A stretch of 64,000 nucleotides of DNA from the human T2T-CHM13v2.0 reference genome, Homo sapiens (GCF_009914755.1 NC_060931.1); one strand, 5' to 3'. Shown: positions 14,690 to 27,554, counted from the stretch's first letter. A program made the numbers and translations. The notes: generated by a model not told the origin, from the letters alone.

Positions 14690-15640
14690 AAGGGACTTAC
14701 AACATTCAATTTTTACTTAATAAATGAATAACTAGCACTGGCATGGAAATGTGTTGGAAACAAATCAAGTCTGGAATTAGCAAGATGAATTAGGGAGGAA
14801 CTTCAGCAGATAAGGAGAGAAATGATGAAAACATGAAGCAAGGCCAGGCGTGATGGCTCAATCCTGTAATCCCAGCACTTTGGGAGGCTGAGGTGGGTGG
14901 ATCATGAGGTCAGAAGTTCAAGACCAGCCTGGTCAACATAGTGAAACCTCATCTCTACTAAAAATAAAAAATTAGCCTGGTGTGGTGGCAGGCACCTGTG
15001 GTCCCAGCTACTCAGGAGGCTGAAGCAGGAGAATTCCTTACCCAGGAGGTGGAGGTTGCAGTGAACCAAGATTGTGTCACTGCACTCCAGTCTAGGCAAC
15101 AGAGGGAGAACGGTTTCCGTCTCAGAAAAAAAAAAAAAAATTAAGCAAGTCAGTGGTAGTGGCAACAGAGGAAGTAATAAATTCAAGCTATAGTTCGAAG
15201 ATGAATGCCAGGATTTGGTGACCGATTGGATGGAAGGAGTGAGTCTTGGCTGAGTTCCGGTTTTCTGGCTTGGTGACTGGGTGAATACTTGGGTCATGAA
15301 TGAAGTCAGCTGAGCTAGGCATATAGATTTGAGAATCATTGTACAGGTGTTAGAGAAGTCCATACTTTTAGACAAAATTATTTTGAAATAATACAGCTTT
15401 AGAAGAGAAGAGGATGGTTGATATAATTTAGGAAAGTGCTTATAAGAGATACTGGCGTCATAAAAATGAACAGAGGAAAGAATGTCAGGTAGTGAAAAGA
15501 TGAGAAGTGGGATAAGATATAACGAATGCTGTAGTGAAGACAGGAATGATAAGCAACAAAAAAAGAACAATAAATTTTCCAACCAGGAGTTCAATAGTGA
15601 ACAGGTGTATTTTAATGACTGCCCCAAGTGACTTTTTTTT
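14690..15640 (-). mobile_element. L2 fragments, interrupted by an Alu
   Basis: 'ccaggatttggtgaccgattggatgg...ttttctggcttggtgactgggtgaat' are L2 antisense motifs. Confidence 0.65.
14842..15140 (+). mobile_element. AluS (AluSg-like)
   Basis: Full dimer with 'ggatcatgaggtcag' (2-bp deletion diagnostic), an A15 tail and a partial TSD aagcaa. Confidence 0.95.
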
Positions 15641-16479
15641 TGAAGCTTTCCTTTTCTCTATTAAGAAGACAGAGGTGACAACTTTCTTTTGACTCTCAAA
15701 TGTGCATTATGCATATTATAGCACCTACCACTGTTTTGAATATGAGCCTTACTTCATAAATGCTTGGAAATAAAAATATCACATTGCTTTATTTTTCTAC
15801 ATTGAATTAAATGATTACATTTACTTCAGAACCTCTTATTGACAGAGTGGTTTAAAAAAGTCAATTCAGGAATGCGGAATATTCCCTAGTGAATTCTTTG
15901 AGGCTTACATCTTGTCCTAAAATTGATGGAAGGGGCTCTAGTCTTTAGTTCATTATGATTTCCATTGAGATGGTCATTTTTATGGCTCATATGACTCCTT
16001 CAAAGGTGGACAGCCTCTTCTTTCACTCCGAGACCCCGTAATGGATCAGAAGACAGACTGAGATGAATTAAGGAGTGAATTCAAGTGAAGAGAGTGAGTA
16101 TAAATTATTCTTTCTAAAAGTTTGGGTATGGAGAGAAGGAGATGGTGTGGGATTGGGGGAGGAGAGATGAAGGTCAAGAGAGGTTTACATACTTTCCTAT
16201 TATGGATTGACTTGCTAAGAAATCTATTGGTGCTTTGGGTTCTTGGTTTTGTTTTTGTAGTTATTGTTTGTTTGTTTTCTACCACATGCTCATCATAGGA
16301 GAAATATCATGTCTTTTTCCCTTGCTGATATCAACTATCTCAAGACAGTCTGTCTGACCCAGATTCAAGATTTTTGCCCACAGAAAAGAAATAGACGTGT
16401 ATGTGAGTATATGATAATAAAATAATAGTTGGAGAGGGTGGAGGGAGAACAGGCTTTGGTGGTCAGAATATAGGTTAGT

Positions 16480-16640
16480 GGATCCTGAAGAATCACCCAG
16501 AGAAATCACTGAGGGCAGGTTTGCTCAGATTCCACAGGGAGATTCTGCAGGCATAGGCCTGAGGTGATGTTGGTATCTTCATCTTAACAACCACTCCAGG
16601 TAATTCTGATTCAGGTGGGTCAATAACTACATTTGAAAGT
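16480..16640. mobile_element. MER5A-like hAT-Charlie MITE
   Basis: 'ttaacaaccactccaggtaattctgattcaggtgggtcaataactacatttgaaa'. Confidence 0.6.
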
Positions 16641-17259
16641 TTTATTCTTTGAGGGTTACATGAAGGAAGGCACTCTAACTTCAAGGAGATATTGATTCTT
16701 GAAAGTTAGAAAGGGAGTTGCAACATCCTAAGATGGTGGAGCCAACATAAGGGATGAGCACTAAGAACTGAGGCCTTGAGAAGCTGAGTCTTCAGCTTAG
16801 CTCGGCTAAGCTGAGCAAGGAAAGAGTGCTGCCATTAGTGGAGGCACTGGCTTGTGAATGGACCACCCAGTCCTCTAGACCTGAGGTGGGAGAGGGAGCT
16901 GCACCTAATGACCGGTATTGGACTTCTCCCCAACTTTGATAGTGAGGCCTCCAGTTGAAATTAATTTGATTTAGAAAAATAATGTGGCATTTCTTATACT
17001 TTAAGAGCCAGGGAACAATTTCACTGATACTTATTTCATTTTTAAGGATAGGAGAAAATTGAGCATGGTTGGGTCGTGAGAGGAAAGAGGTAATTGTAAA
17101 AAGGAGAGATTGGAGAGATGAGACATTTCCCAAAATATCTGAATGGGCTTCTGGGCATTGTTACTATGATACTGATGGATTTTCTATGGCAAATCCAAGA
17201 TGCAAGACAGAAAGCCCTCTGTCAGCAAGTATGTCCCTGATCCACAATACCCTGCCCTT

Positions 17260-17560
17260 TGCCCATTCTTGCCATCACCTGCTCAGGTGTCACCTCTTCT
17301 GGGAAGTTTTTGAAGCCCAGATTCTTCTGACCCCTCCTATCTTTGTGCAAATGTTAGATGTTGCATTGGCAGCAAAGGACAAGCAGTTTTTTCAGAATAC
17401 CATATTCTTCCTGATGTTCCTGGCATTGTCTATGCATGTTTTAATTCACCTATTTGTTCCGAGTGCAGGGGTATGTGTCATTAGTCTTTGTTTCCCCAGT
17501 GTCTACCAAAATATCTGACACATAAGGACTTAATTCATCTTTTTTGTATTGAATTAAACT
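17260..17560 (+). mobile_element. L2 3' end
   Basis: Runs from 'ctcaggtgtcacctcttctgggaag' to 'gacacataaggacttaattcatc...gtattgaattaa'. Confidence 0.6.
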
Positions 17561-17578
17561 TTTGATAATAAACGTATA

Positions 17579-18020
17579 CAGTTGACTCTTGAACAACATG
17601 AGTTTGAACTGTATGGGTCCACTTATACATGGATACATGGATTTCTGCCTCTGCTACCCCTGAGAGAGTGGGACCAACCCTTCCTCTTCTTTGTTAGCCT
17701 ACTCAATAGAAAGACAGTGAAGATAAAGAATTTTATAATGATTCACTTCCACTTAATGAATAATAAATATATTTTCTCTTCCTTATGACTTTCTTAATAA
17801 CATTTGCTTTTCTCTACCTTTCTTCATTGTAAGAACACAGTGTATAACACATATAACACATAAAATATGTGTTAATTGACTTTTTATGTTATCAGTAAAA
17901 CTTCCAGCCAACAGTAGGTTATTGGTAGTTAAATTTGGGGGGAGTCAAAAGTTATGTATGGATTTTTGACTGTGTGAGGGTCAGTACTTCTAACCCTCGA
18001 CATTGTTCAAGGGTCAACTG
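17579..18020 (+). mobile_element. Tigger2a (MER28) TcMar-Tigger element
   Basis: TIRs cagttgactcttgaacaa / ttgttcaagggtcaactg, TA TSD on both sides, 442 bp. Confidence 0.93.
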
Positions 18021-18169
18021 TAGTATCTAAGCATTTAATTTTAGACTAAGAACATAATGAAAAAGTTTGCCATCAGTGATAAAACTGTTGAAAAAGTTTA
18101 TGTAGCATTTCTAATAATACATAAATTAATGTCCATTATTTATTATCCTAACTAATTCACAGTTCTCCT

Positions 18170-18700
18170 CTTTTATTTATTTATTGTGATATTTGCATAT
18201 CTAGAATATATTGGGCAGTAGATATGTAAAAAGTGAACAATACCTAGTACTTGTCTTCCATGAGCACATGGTCTAGTAGCAGAGACAGACAAGAATATCA
18301 TTAGAGTGAAATTACATTACAGTGAAATGAATTCTGTCATAGGCATAGGCACAGGATGTTTTTGCAATACAAGGGAGAATCTGAGAAGGAAACTATCTGA
18401 CTTGAAGGGGTGTAAAGGGACAAGGGAAGGTATCTAGAGGAATCTAAACCATGAACCATATCTAAAGGACAAATAAGAGTGATTGTGGAGGGTGGGGCAG
18501 AATAGGGAGATGGGGCAGAATCCCGTTTCTGTCCCTCTCCCTTTAATGTTTAGGAAACAGCCAGTGTTTCAGTACTGCTGGAGTTTGGGGTCTGTGTCAG
18601 GATGTGGATGAGCTTCTAATATCTCAGCTACATGAATCATAGAGTTATTTGTGGAGCTTTATGCCTTGGAGTCAAACAACTGACTACAACAAACAACTAG
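18170..18700 (-). mobile_element. L2 fragment
   Basis: 'ttccatgagcacatggtctagtagcagagacagacaag' is an L2 antisense motif. Confidence 0.6.
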
Positions 18701-19913
18701 CCTCAAGTTCAGGTCTTGATTCCAAATCTGAAAAGAATATTGATCATACCAGTAGAGTAGTACAAAGCTCCAGTGGAAAAACAAATTAGAGAGTTCATTG
18801 CAGTTGAAAATGTTGGATACTGCATTGCCAGAAAAGGACAAGGAATTATTGAAAGTTCCCTTTGTACTTCAAGGGGAACTTCTCTACTCTCTTTCCAAAG
18901 AATTTCTCTATTGGCTTGAAGACACTAAATAGGCAAGTACTTAGAAACTGAATAATTCATTGTGCCTATTTCACTTAGTATATGTGTACACTGGTTTTGC
19001 TTAGATACTGAGAAGGCAATGTGGGTTGGAACTCATTCACACCATTGATTTGAGTATGCCTTTTTGGGAGTTGAGAGTTTAAGCTTCTTGTCTTTCTCCT
19101 TGTAAGTCTCTCATCCTAATAATGATCATTTTTATTCTCTGAGGCCTCTCCAAGAAATCTAAACTGAAAGGTTCAGAGTGCCACAAAATAAAATTAAGGT
19201 TTTCAGGTAATGCTTCCTTCAGAACTTGGTAGAAATTTTATTAGCATTGAAGGTGGAGAGAGGAGAGGCACTCTATGGTAAGGTTCAGAGCTCAGGTATA
19301 GGAGAAAAGATTGAAAGGACTCTCAAGACCAGGCATGGGAGACTCACCTCCCTTCCCTCTATCCCAAGTACGATCTTCACTCATCTTTTCTTGCATCCTC
19401 CATTTGAGATGAAAATGTTATCTAGGCATCAGGAGATGAAGATCTAGAAAAAGTTGTTTTAAACACTTAATTCTAGACCTAGAGATGTCCACATTTCCTC
19501 TTAATTTATGCTCATCCCTGGGCACTCTTGGAATGTAAATCTGATTAGTGAATGGCTTCCTACTCTTCCTCAAACTTTGGTCATGGCCTACAAGTCTCCA
19601 TATCACTGCTTACTTCTACAGATACAACCTGGCAACTCTGGAGTTCACTCAAGATGATCCAGCCCCATGCTAGCCCATTCTCAATCTCTTAAGTATGTAA
19701 ATTTCTCCAGTCTTACGGCCTTTGCACTTGCTGGTTCTTCCACCTGAAGTATTCATTCCATGGTTCATGACATTTTTGTTGTCTTTTGCTTCAGGTCAAC
19801 AGAATGGTCTTTCCTAATCATCCTAGGCTCTCATTTCCAGGTGCCACCATTGCCCTTTGATTCCACTATAACTACCAGCTGGTTTTCTGGTTTGTCTGTC
19901 TCTCCCAGAATGC

Positions 19914-20061
19914 CACTGGTTCTCAAAGCCTTTAAAATATGAGTGTCTAGGTTATACTCAAGATATTTTGATTTGTGTGTTCTGGAGTTGCAGACTGGTC
20001 ATCAAGAATTTTAATAGCTCCTTGGGTGATTTTAATGAGCAGACAAGATTGAAAACCACTG
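19914..20061. mobile_element. MER5B-like hAT MITE
   Basis: TIRs cactggttctcaaa / ttgaaaaccactg. Confidence 0.75.
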
Positions 20062-20069
20062 CTGTGGAC

Positions 20070-20219
20070 CATTGGTTCTCAAAGTGTGGTCCCCAAACAA
20101 CAGTATCGACATCATCTGTGAATGTGTTATAAAGGCAAATTCCCTGGCTCACCTCAGGCCACCTTGAATTAGAATCTCTCCTTGTGATTCTGAGGAATGC
20201 TAAAATTTAAGAACTGCTA
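20070..20219. mobile_element. MER5A/A1-like hAT MITE
   Basis: Runs from 'cattggttctcaaagtgtggtcccc' to 'aatttaagaactgcta', followed by gtctagaa. Confidence 0.78.
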
Positions 20220-21655
20220 GTCTAGAATAAAGTCCCTGAGGGTTATTCTTTGGTATCCAGATATTCTGCAGTGTCTTTGACCTAGAAGGTGTAATAGATA
20301 TTTGAATCAGCAAATGAATAATCAGTAATAATCATAATCAACAAATGAATAAATTACATAAATGATACAATGAAGGAATGACTTTTTCTTGCAGAATTGA
20401 ATGCACATGATTTGATTTCAATGCACATCTTTCTACTAGGACCTCAGGATAAATTTGTTCTACTAGCCCTCATTGAGAAATTATGTCATAGCAGAGATAG
20501 AAGAGCAAAAAATAGTGTGATTTTCTGAACTGCTGCCCCAGCAACTCTCTTTCTCAGCCTCATTTATTTCGTTCCTGTCACTATAGCACTGAGTGTTTTG
20601 ACAAGTGTGCTATTTTCACTTCCATGACTTGCACCTCTAATTCAAAGGTGGCAAAGTGGAGAGGCTATTTATTAGATTTTATTGGTAACAGATTAACCAT
20701 ACATTTGTTTTCCTTTAATTTCCCAGTGAGTGGGTCACTAATGAGTTGCCCAGTCAAATTAGGGGATGCCTACCTTTTCTTGGATGAGCTTCCATGCATT
20801 GCATGTGAACAGTCTTCTGCTAGAAGCCCAGTGTTGCTATTATCTGCACCTCCTCCCTAGCACCATCTGGAAACCTCACCACCCTCAGAATGCAAGGTGC
20901 ATCCTTCTCCACTCTTACACATTTTATCATGCTGAGAATGCTCAGACACTGGGAGACCTGTCATGATTGGCTTGCTAGAGAAAAAAAGAAAATATAATCT
21001 CCTCTAATTCTAGTGTGAAGTTGATATATAAGCTAGACAGAAACAATGATATTAGTTCAAGCTGCTTAGAAGTGAATTATGCCTTCCCTTGGATAGAGTT
21101 TCTAACAAACCAAAAGCTGCTGCTGGGGGTGGATGCTAATTCTGTAGCTCAGACTTGTTTCTGTTATTATTCTCTATAATGAATCACTCTCCCAGACCCT
21201 AGAAAGAAATAATGCTACAGCTTTACATTGGCTGAAATGGCTGTGCCTGCAATCTCCTCCCTTGCCCAGGGGTGCTCTGGAGAGCTTTCCTTCCAGATCA
21301 CAGGGTCCTAATTGGTGTGCATTTCAATGGCTTTCCTGTAGGGGCAGCAGCAGCAGCTTTTGAAGGACACAGCAAGGACTTGCTTAGCAAAGATGATCTC
21401 CTCCCTCCCCTTCTTGTCCTCAGTGGTTGAAATTCTCAGCTGTAGTCACTCCTTTAAAAGGCAGGAGGATAATTACAGTTTGGGTAAATTTCTTCCTGGC
21501 TATCTCCTTCTCTGATTCTTGTTTCCATCTTCTAATGTTACTGAGGATTAGCTTAACATAGATAAATCATTTCAAAACCTTGAGGGGGATGGGGAAAAAA
21601 AGGAAAAGATCCAGGCAGAGAAAATGAGATTGAGATCACAAATACAATCATGGGC

Positions 21656-23941
21656 TGATATGGTTTGGCTGTGTCCTCTCCAAAATCTCAACTTGAATTG
21701 TATCTCCTAGAATTCCCATGTGCTGTGGGAAGGACCTAGGGGGAGGTAATTGAATCATGGGGCTGGTCTTTCCTGTGCTATTCTCATGATAGTGAGTAAG
21801 TCTCACAAGATCTGATGGGTTTATTCGGGGTTTCTGCTTTTGCTTCTCCCTCATTTTCTCTTGCCACCACCATGTAAGAAGAGCCTTTCACCTCCCGCCA
21901 TGATTCTGAGGCCTCCCCAGCCATGTGGAATTGTAAGTCCAATTAAACCTTTTTTTGTTCCCAGTTTCAGGTATGTCTTCATCAGCAGTGTGAAAATGAA
22001 CTAATACAGTAAATTGTTACTGGTAGAGTGGGGCATTGCTGAAAAGATACCTGAAAATGTGGAAGTGACTTTGGAACTGGGTAACAGGCAAAGGTTGGAA
22101 CAGATTGAAGGGCTCAGAAAAAGACAGGAAAATGTGGGAAAGTTTGCAACTTCCTAGAGACTTGTTGAATGGCTTTGCCCAAAATGCTGATAGTGATATG
22201 GAAAATAAAATTCAGGCTGAGGTGGTCTTAAAAAGAGATGAGAAACTTACTGGGAACTGGAGCAAAGGTGACTCTTGTTATGTTTTAGCAAAGAGACTGG
22301 TAGCATTTTGCCCCTGCCCTAGAGATTTATGGAACTTTGGACTTGGGAGAGATGATTTAGGGTATCTGGTGGAAAAAATTTCTAAGCAGCAAAGCATTCA
22401 AGAGGTAACTTGGGTGCTGTTAAATGCATTTAGTTTTAGAAAGGAAACAGCATAAAAGTTTTGAAAATTTGCAGCCTGACAATGTGATAGAAAAGAAAAA
22501 CCCATTTTCTGGGGAGAAATTCCAACCAGCTGCAGAAATTTGCATAAGTAGCAAGGAGCCTAATGTTAATCCCCAAGACCATAGGGGAAATATCTCCAGG
22601 CCACGTCAGTGAACTTCCCGGCAGCCCCTCCCATCACAGGCTCAGAGACCCAGGAGGAAAAAGTGGTTTAGTGGGCTGGGCCCAAGGACCCTGTGCTTTG
22701 TGCAGCCTAAGGACTTGGTGCCCTCTGTCCCAGCTGCTCCAGCCATGGCTGAAAGGGGCCAATGTATAGCTCAGGCTGTGGCTTCAGAGGGTGGAAGCCC
22801 CAAGCCTTGGCAGCTTCCGTGTGCTGTTGAGCATGTGGGTGCACAGAAGTCAAGAATTGAGGTTTGAGAACCTCTGCCTAGGTTTCAGAAGATGTATGGA
22901 AATTCCTGGATGCCCAGGCAAAAGTTTACTGAAGGGGCAGGGCCCTCATGGAGAAACTTTGCTAGGGCAGTGCAGAAGGGAAATGTGGGGTCAGAGCCCT
23001 CACACAGGGTCCCTACTGGGGCACCACTTAGTGGAGCTGTGAGAAGAGGGCCACTGTCCTCCAGATCCCAGAATGGTAGATCCACTGACAGCTTGCACTA
23101 TGCATCTGGAAAAGCCACAGATACTCAACACCAGCCTGTGAAAGCAGTGAGGAGTGAGTCTGTACCCTGTAAAGCCACAGGGGTGGAGCTGCCCAAGACA
23201 ATGTGAACCCCGCTTTCGCATCAGCATGACCTGGATGTGAGACCTGGAGTCAAAGGAGATCATTTTAAAGGAGCTTTAATATTTGACTGCCCTGCTGGAT
23301 TTCAGACTTGCATGGGCCCTGTAACCCCTTTGTTTTGGCCAATTTATCCCATTTGGAACGGCTGTATTTACCTAATACCTGTACCCTAATTGTATCTAGG
23401 AAGTAACTAGCTTGCTTTTGATTTTATAGGCTCATAGGCAGAAGGGACTTGCCTTGTTTCAGATGCTACTTTGGACTGTGGACTTTTGGGTTAATGCTGA
23501 AATGAGTTAAGACTTTGGGGGACTGTTGGGAAGGCATGATTGGTTTTGAAATGTGAGGACATGAGATTTGGAGGGGTCAAGGGTGGAATGATATGGTTTG
23601 GCTGTGTCCCCACCAAAATCTCAACTTGAATTATATCTCCCAGAATTCCCATGTGTTGTGGGAGGAACCCAGGAGGAGGTAATTGAATCACGGGGGCCAG
23701 TCTTTCCTGTGCTAGTCTCATGATCTTGAATAAGTCTCACGAGATCTGATGGGTTTTCCAGGGGTTTCCCCTTTTGCTTCTTCCTGATTTTCTCTTGCGG
23801 CTGCCATGTAAGAAGAGCCTTTCACCTCCCGCCATGATTCTGAGGCCTCCTCAGCCATGTGGAACTGTAAGTCCAATTAACCTTTTTTTGTTCCCAGTTT
23901 CGGGTATGTCTTCATCAGCAGCATGAAAATGAACTAATACA
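21656..23941 (+). mobile_element. Complete THE1A MaLR element (LTR-internal-LTR)
   Basis: 5'LTR 21656-22008 and 3'LTR 23589-23941, both 353 bp with TG...CA ends. Internal region 22009-23588. Purine tract ggaggggtcaagggtggaa before the 3'LTR. TSD tgggc at 21651-21655 and 23942-23946. Confidence 0.96.
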
Positions 23942-24599
23942 TGGGCTGTCCTTACTTATAATAATGAGGCAAAGCAGATGCCCTGTGCAGCATCACAAAT
24001 GGAATTTGTACATGCCCTGAAATGTGCCACTTGTCTTCAAGTGTGGTGTGAAGACTAGGTAGAAAGTTGTATGATGAACATTCACTATGGAAACTGATCC
24101 TGCCACTCAAATCCTCCTAGAATGACTAACAAAGAAACACATTCCAGGACCATAAGTTGTATATTAAATACCTCATCAGTTTATTTTGACAGAATTTATG
24201 GCACGATGAACATCCTGATGCCCTATATTCAAAACATCTTTCCAGCTGGGCTGACCTCGATGACTAAACGTTCCCATTTTCTCACTCCTTTTTACTGAAG
24301 CAAGATTTCTACTCTATTTGGGGCAAAGGAAAAGGGGTGAGGGATAGTGGTAACATCTTTGTCTGCTCTCTGCCATTAAAGCCATAGCTTAAAGCTGTTT
24401 AGGTCACTTTAGGTCCCTTCACCTGGATGGGCTCTGATGCAGAAGAATCAGCGTAGTTCTGGAAGGGCAAGCCCTACTAGGTGGGCTGGGGCAGCATGAA
24501 GACAATGGACTCCTGGCCTTGAGCATGGTGGAACGTGGCAATGAAGTGTGATGCCCAGAAAGTCACCAGAACAATTCTTCATTTATTTTCTAGGTTTTT

Positions 24600-24975
24600 T
24601 AGGTTTTTACTCTGCAGCCAGAGTAAACCTTTAAAAGTCCAGCTCCAACTATGCCATTCCTCTGTTTACTTCGGTGGCTTCTGATTGCTCTGAGAATGAA
24701 GATGGAGCTGCTCATATGGACTCCTGCTCACCTCTCTGGTCTTATTTCACAGTCCTATTAAATGCTCCTTTAACATATTATACTTTATAGGGCTTATTAC
24801 AATTTTATTTTGATAATTGTGTAATTAGTTGCTTAATGTTTATTTCCACTAAATTGAAATCTTCATGAGATGGAAGACATTTTTTCCATCTTTCATTGAT
24901 GCTTTAGTTTCAGAATGTGCTACAGAGCCTTGCTCATAGTGGATACTAAAAAGTTATTTGTTGAATGAAACGAGT
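24600..24975 (+). mobile_element. L2 3' end
   Basis: Ends 'ctcatagtggatactaaaaagttatttgttgaatgaa'. Confidence 0.7.
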
Positions 24976-25529
24976 AAGAAGACATTTTGGTTAGAAAACA
25001 TAAGGTGTCTACAACCAAAATGTGGAAAAGGAAAGGAACAAATGGATAAATATTTCAAACTAACAACAATGTATTCTATCTTTGGGGGGGAGAATGTGAG
25101 TATTGTCTCATTAAAGCTCTGAATGGAATAAAAAGTTTTCTTTTTAGCTATATTCACACCTAATAACTCCTTCCAATGCACAAAACTTACTAAATTTAGC
25201 CTAAGTGGCAAATAGTTATTGTTATTGGTGATAAGAAATGGTGGTTAATTCTCATGCATCCATACATATTTTCTTTGACAAATTTTGATCGTGGGCTAAC
25301 TTTTTTTTAATGCTAAATAAAATGCAAGATGATTTCTAACTCATCACTTCTAGGCTTGGGTTAGAGAAAACAAACCCAAACACTCTGAGAAAGTTCCAAA
25401 TCGAAATCTAAAATCATCTGGAATTTTTGGCTGCTTTAGACTATCTACTTGTGGTCTGTATAAGCACATTAATACAATTAATTGAGAACTAGCTGTGTTG
25501 ATATTATTAGTAATACTCCTTTTATTTAA

Positions 25530-26125
25530 ACCACATTTGACACAGCAATTCTATTCCTAGAGTATATGTCCACAAGAAATGGATACAGATTTCTACAAAA
25601 AGACCTATTATGGGAATGTTCATGCTCACCCTATTCCTAATAGCCCCGAAATGGAAATAATTCAAGTGTCCCTCAACAGGAGAATGTCTATAAAGAACCA
25701 TAAAATTTTATACTAGAACACGACTAATATTTTATATTAGAACATGACTCAGCAATAAAAAGGAATTACTGACACAAGCCACAGCATGTTTGATTCTCAT
25801 AGATATGTTGAGCAAAAAAATTCATACTCTGTGGTTTCATCTAAATGAAGTTCAGGAACAGGCAAAACGAATCTATAGTTCAAAGCTAAAAATCAGGACA
25901 GTTGTTGTCTCTGGAGAGGGGACAATGAAGGACTGACTGGATAAGACCATGAGGAAACATTTTGAGGCTAAGGAAGTGTTCTATATTTTGATTTGGGTGA
26001 TTGCAAAGTGGGTATATACATTTGTAAAAAATGCATTGAAGGAACACTTAAGATCAGCATACTTAAGATCTGTGAAAGTGTGTGGTCTAAGGTAGACTAT
26101 GACTCAATAAACAAAAATGTCAAAA
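25530..26125 (+). mobile_element. Old L1 3' end (L1MC/L1ME-like)
   Basis: 'tttgacacagcaattctattcctag', 'gtgttctatattttgatttgggtg' and 'ctcaataaacaaaaa'. Confidence 0.8.
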
Positions 26126-26534
26126 ATGCAAACCAATAATTGGCATTGTCAAGAAAATACTTTAACAGCATCGGAAATAAAATATGCCTTGTTTTTCCCA
26201 GTGTATTTGACATCAAAATTGGAAAAAAATAAAATGGTCATTAATATACATGATCAGATATATAAATTAAATTGTGCCCCTAAGTTATAACAAACCTCAT
26301 ATGTGGTTAACCGACATGTCTACCCGTGAGTGCAATGGTGAAATTCTCAGCTCCACAGGGTAGGAATTTTTTCTTGTTTATATCTGTCTCAAGCATTTAG
26401 CTCAGTGCCTGAACTGGCTCTTAGCTTGAGTGAATCTGAAGAAGCCTGACCTTCTCCAGGCCTCAGTTTTTTCACCGATATAATGGAAATAATACCTGAC
26501 TTTCCTAAGTGCATTGTATAAACAGCATAATAGA

Positions 26535-26790
26535 CTATCTCAGACTGTTTGTACTGCTACAACAAAATACCTGAGATGGAGTAATTCATAAATAATAGAC
26601 ATTTATTTTTCACAGTTCTGGATGCTGGAAAGTCCAAGATGAAGGCTCTGTCAGGGTTGGCATCTGGTGAGGCCCCCCCTCCCTGCTTCTAAGGTGTCAG
26701 CTTGAACACTTCATCTTCACATGGCAGAAGGCACAGAAGGGCAAAAATGGCACTAGAGTGCTCCCTTCAGCCTCTTTTATAAGAGGCTTT
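26535..26790 (-). mobile_element. MSTD/MLT1A-like partial LTR
   Basis: 'acaacaaaatacctgagatgg...cacagttctggatgctggaaagtccaagatgaagg'. Confidence 0.8.
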
Positions 26791-26948
26791 AAATATTTTC
26801 AGTAGGTTGCTTTATGTGCCAGTTTTTCGCTTTTCCCATAAACTGATAAGATAATGATGACAGGACTCTAGGGAGACAAATACAGTCAAACTTTCAAAAC
26901 TTGGCTCAAGGAATAAATCATCTATAGAGACTTTCTAGTACTCCCCCA

Positions 26949-26950
<2 letters not shown>

Positions 26951-26998
<48 letters not shown>
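26951..26998. repeat. (AC)24 microsatellite
   Basis: Perfect dinucleotide run. Confidence 0.98.
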
Positions 26999-27000
<2 letters not shown>

Positions 27001-27229
27001 GCATGCACTTAACCCAAGTTGGCCACATTCTCTTTGGTGCCATAGGGGTGGGAATTTATTTTATTAATCTTTGTATCTTCAGTGTCTAGAACAAATAGTC
27101 CTTACACAAAAGGCATTTGATTTTTTTGAATAAATAAGCCTCAATGTATTATAGCAATATTAATATATAGTAATATATAGCAAGAGTGATTTGATTTTCT
27201 AGGGAATACAGAATGTGTGTTGCATTTCT

Positions 27230-27390
27230 GTATGAGTAGGTTTTCTTTATATCCTCTATATATGAATGAGAAAATTGCGTCTGTAGAGATTAAGTTCTTA
27301 CTTGCTCAAGGTCACTCAGTGGCTGAAATGGGACTTCAATCCCACATTTGTCTGTCTCCTCCCAATAGTCATAACCACTTTGTCATACTG
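27230..27390 (-). mobile_element. MIR
   Basis: 'gaatgagaaaattgcgtctgtagagattaag...cttgctcaaggtcac...gggacttcaatccca'. Confidence 0.65.
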
Positions 27391-27554
27391 CCAGGTTATT
27401 AAAGTCACTTTTCTACCACGTATTATATTTCAGATCTAACCTAATCAAGTCTAGTTGGTGTAAAATAATCCTTCTAAAGATGGAAAGATTCTTCCTTTGA
27501 TGATTAAGCTTTCATTGCTGGATAGAGTGCCAGGATAGAAATAAAAAAATTATG

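Larger units (their letters stand above)
19560..20350 (+). mobile_element. L2 3' region, split by two MER5 elements
   Basis: 'ggcctttgcacttgctggttcttccacctgaagt' and 'tttgtctgtctctcccagaatg', resuming after 20220 to the tail 'gatatttgaatcagcaaatgaat'. Confidence 0.65.

Noticed and set aside
14902-15627. Longest ORF in the window (241 aa, minus strand)
   Set aside because: It runs through L2 into an antisense Alu (LLPRLECS... is the typical Alu translation), has low-complexity Leu/Ser composition and shows no domain.
22105-23263. Cluster of 60-116-aa ORFs
   Set aside because: All lie inside THE1A-internal sequence and are fragmented MaLR frames, not host genes.
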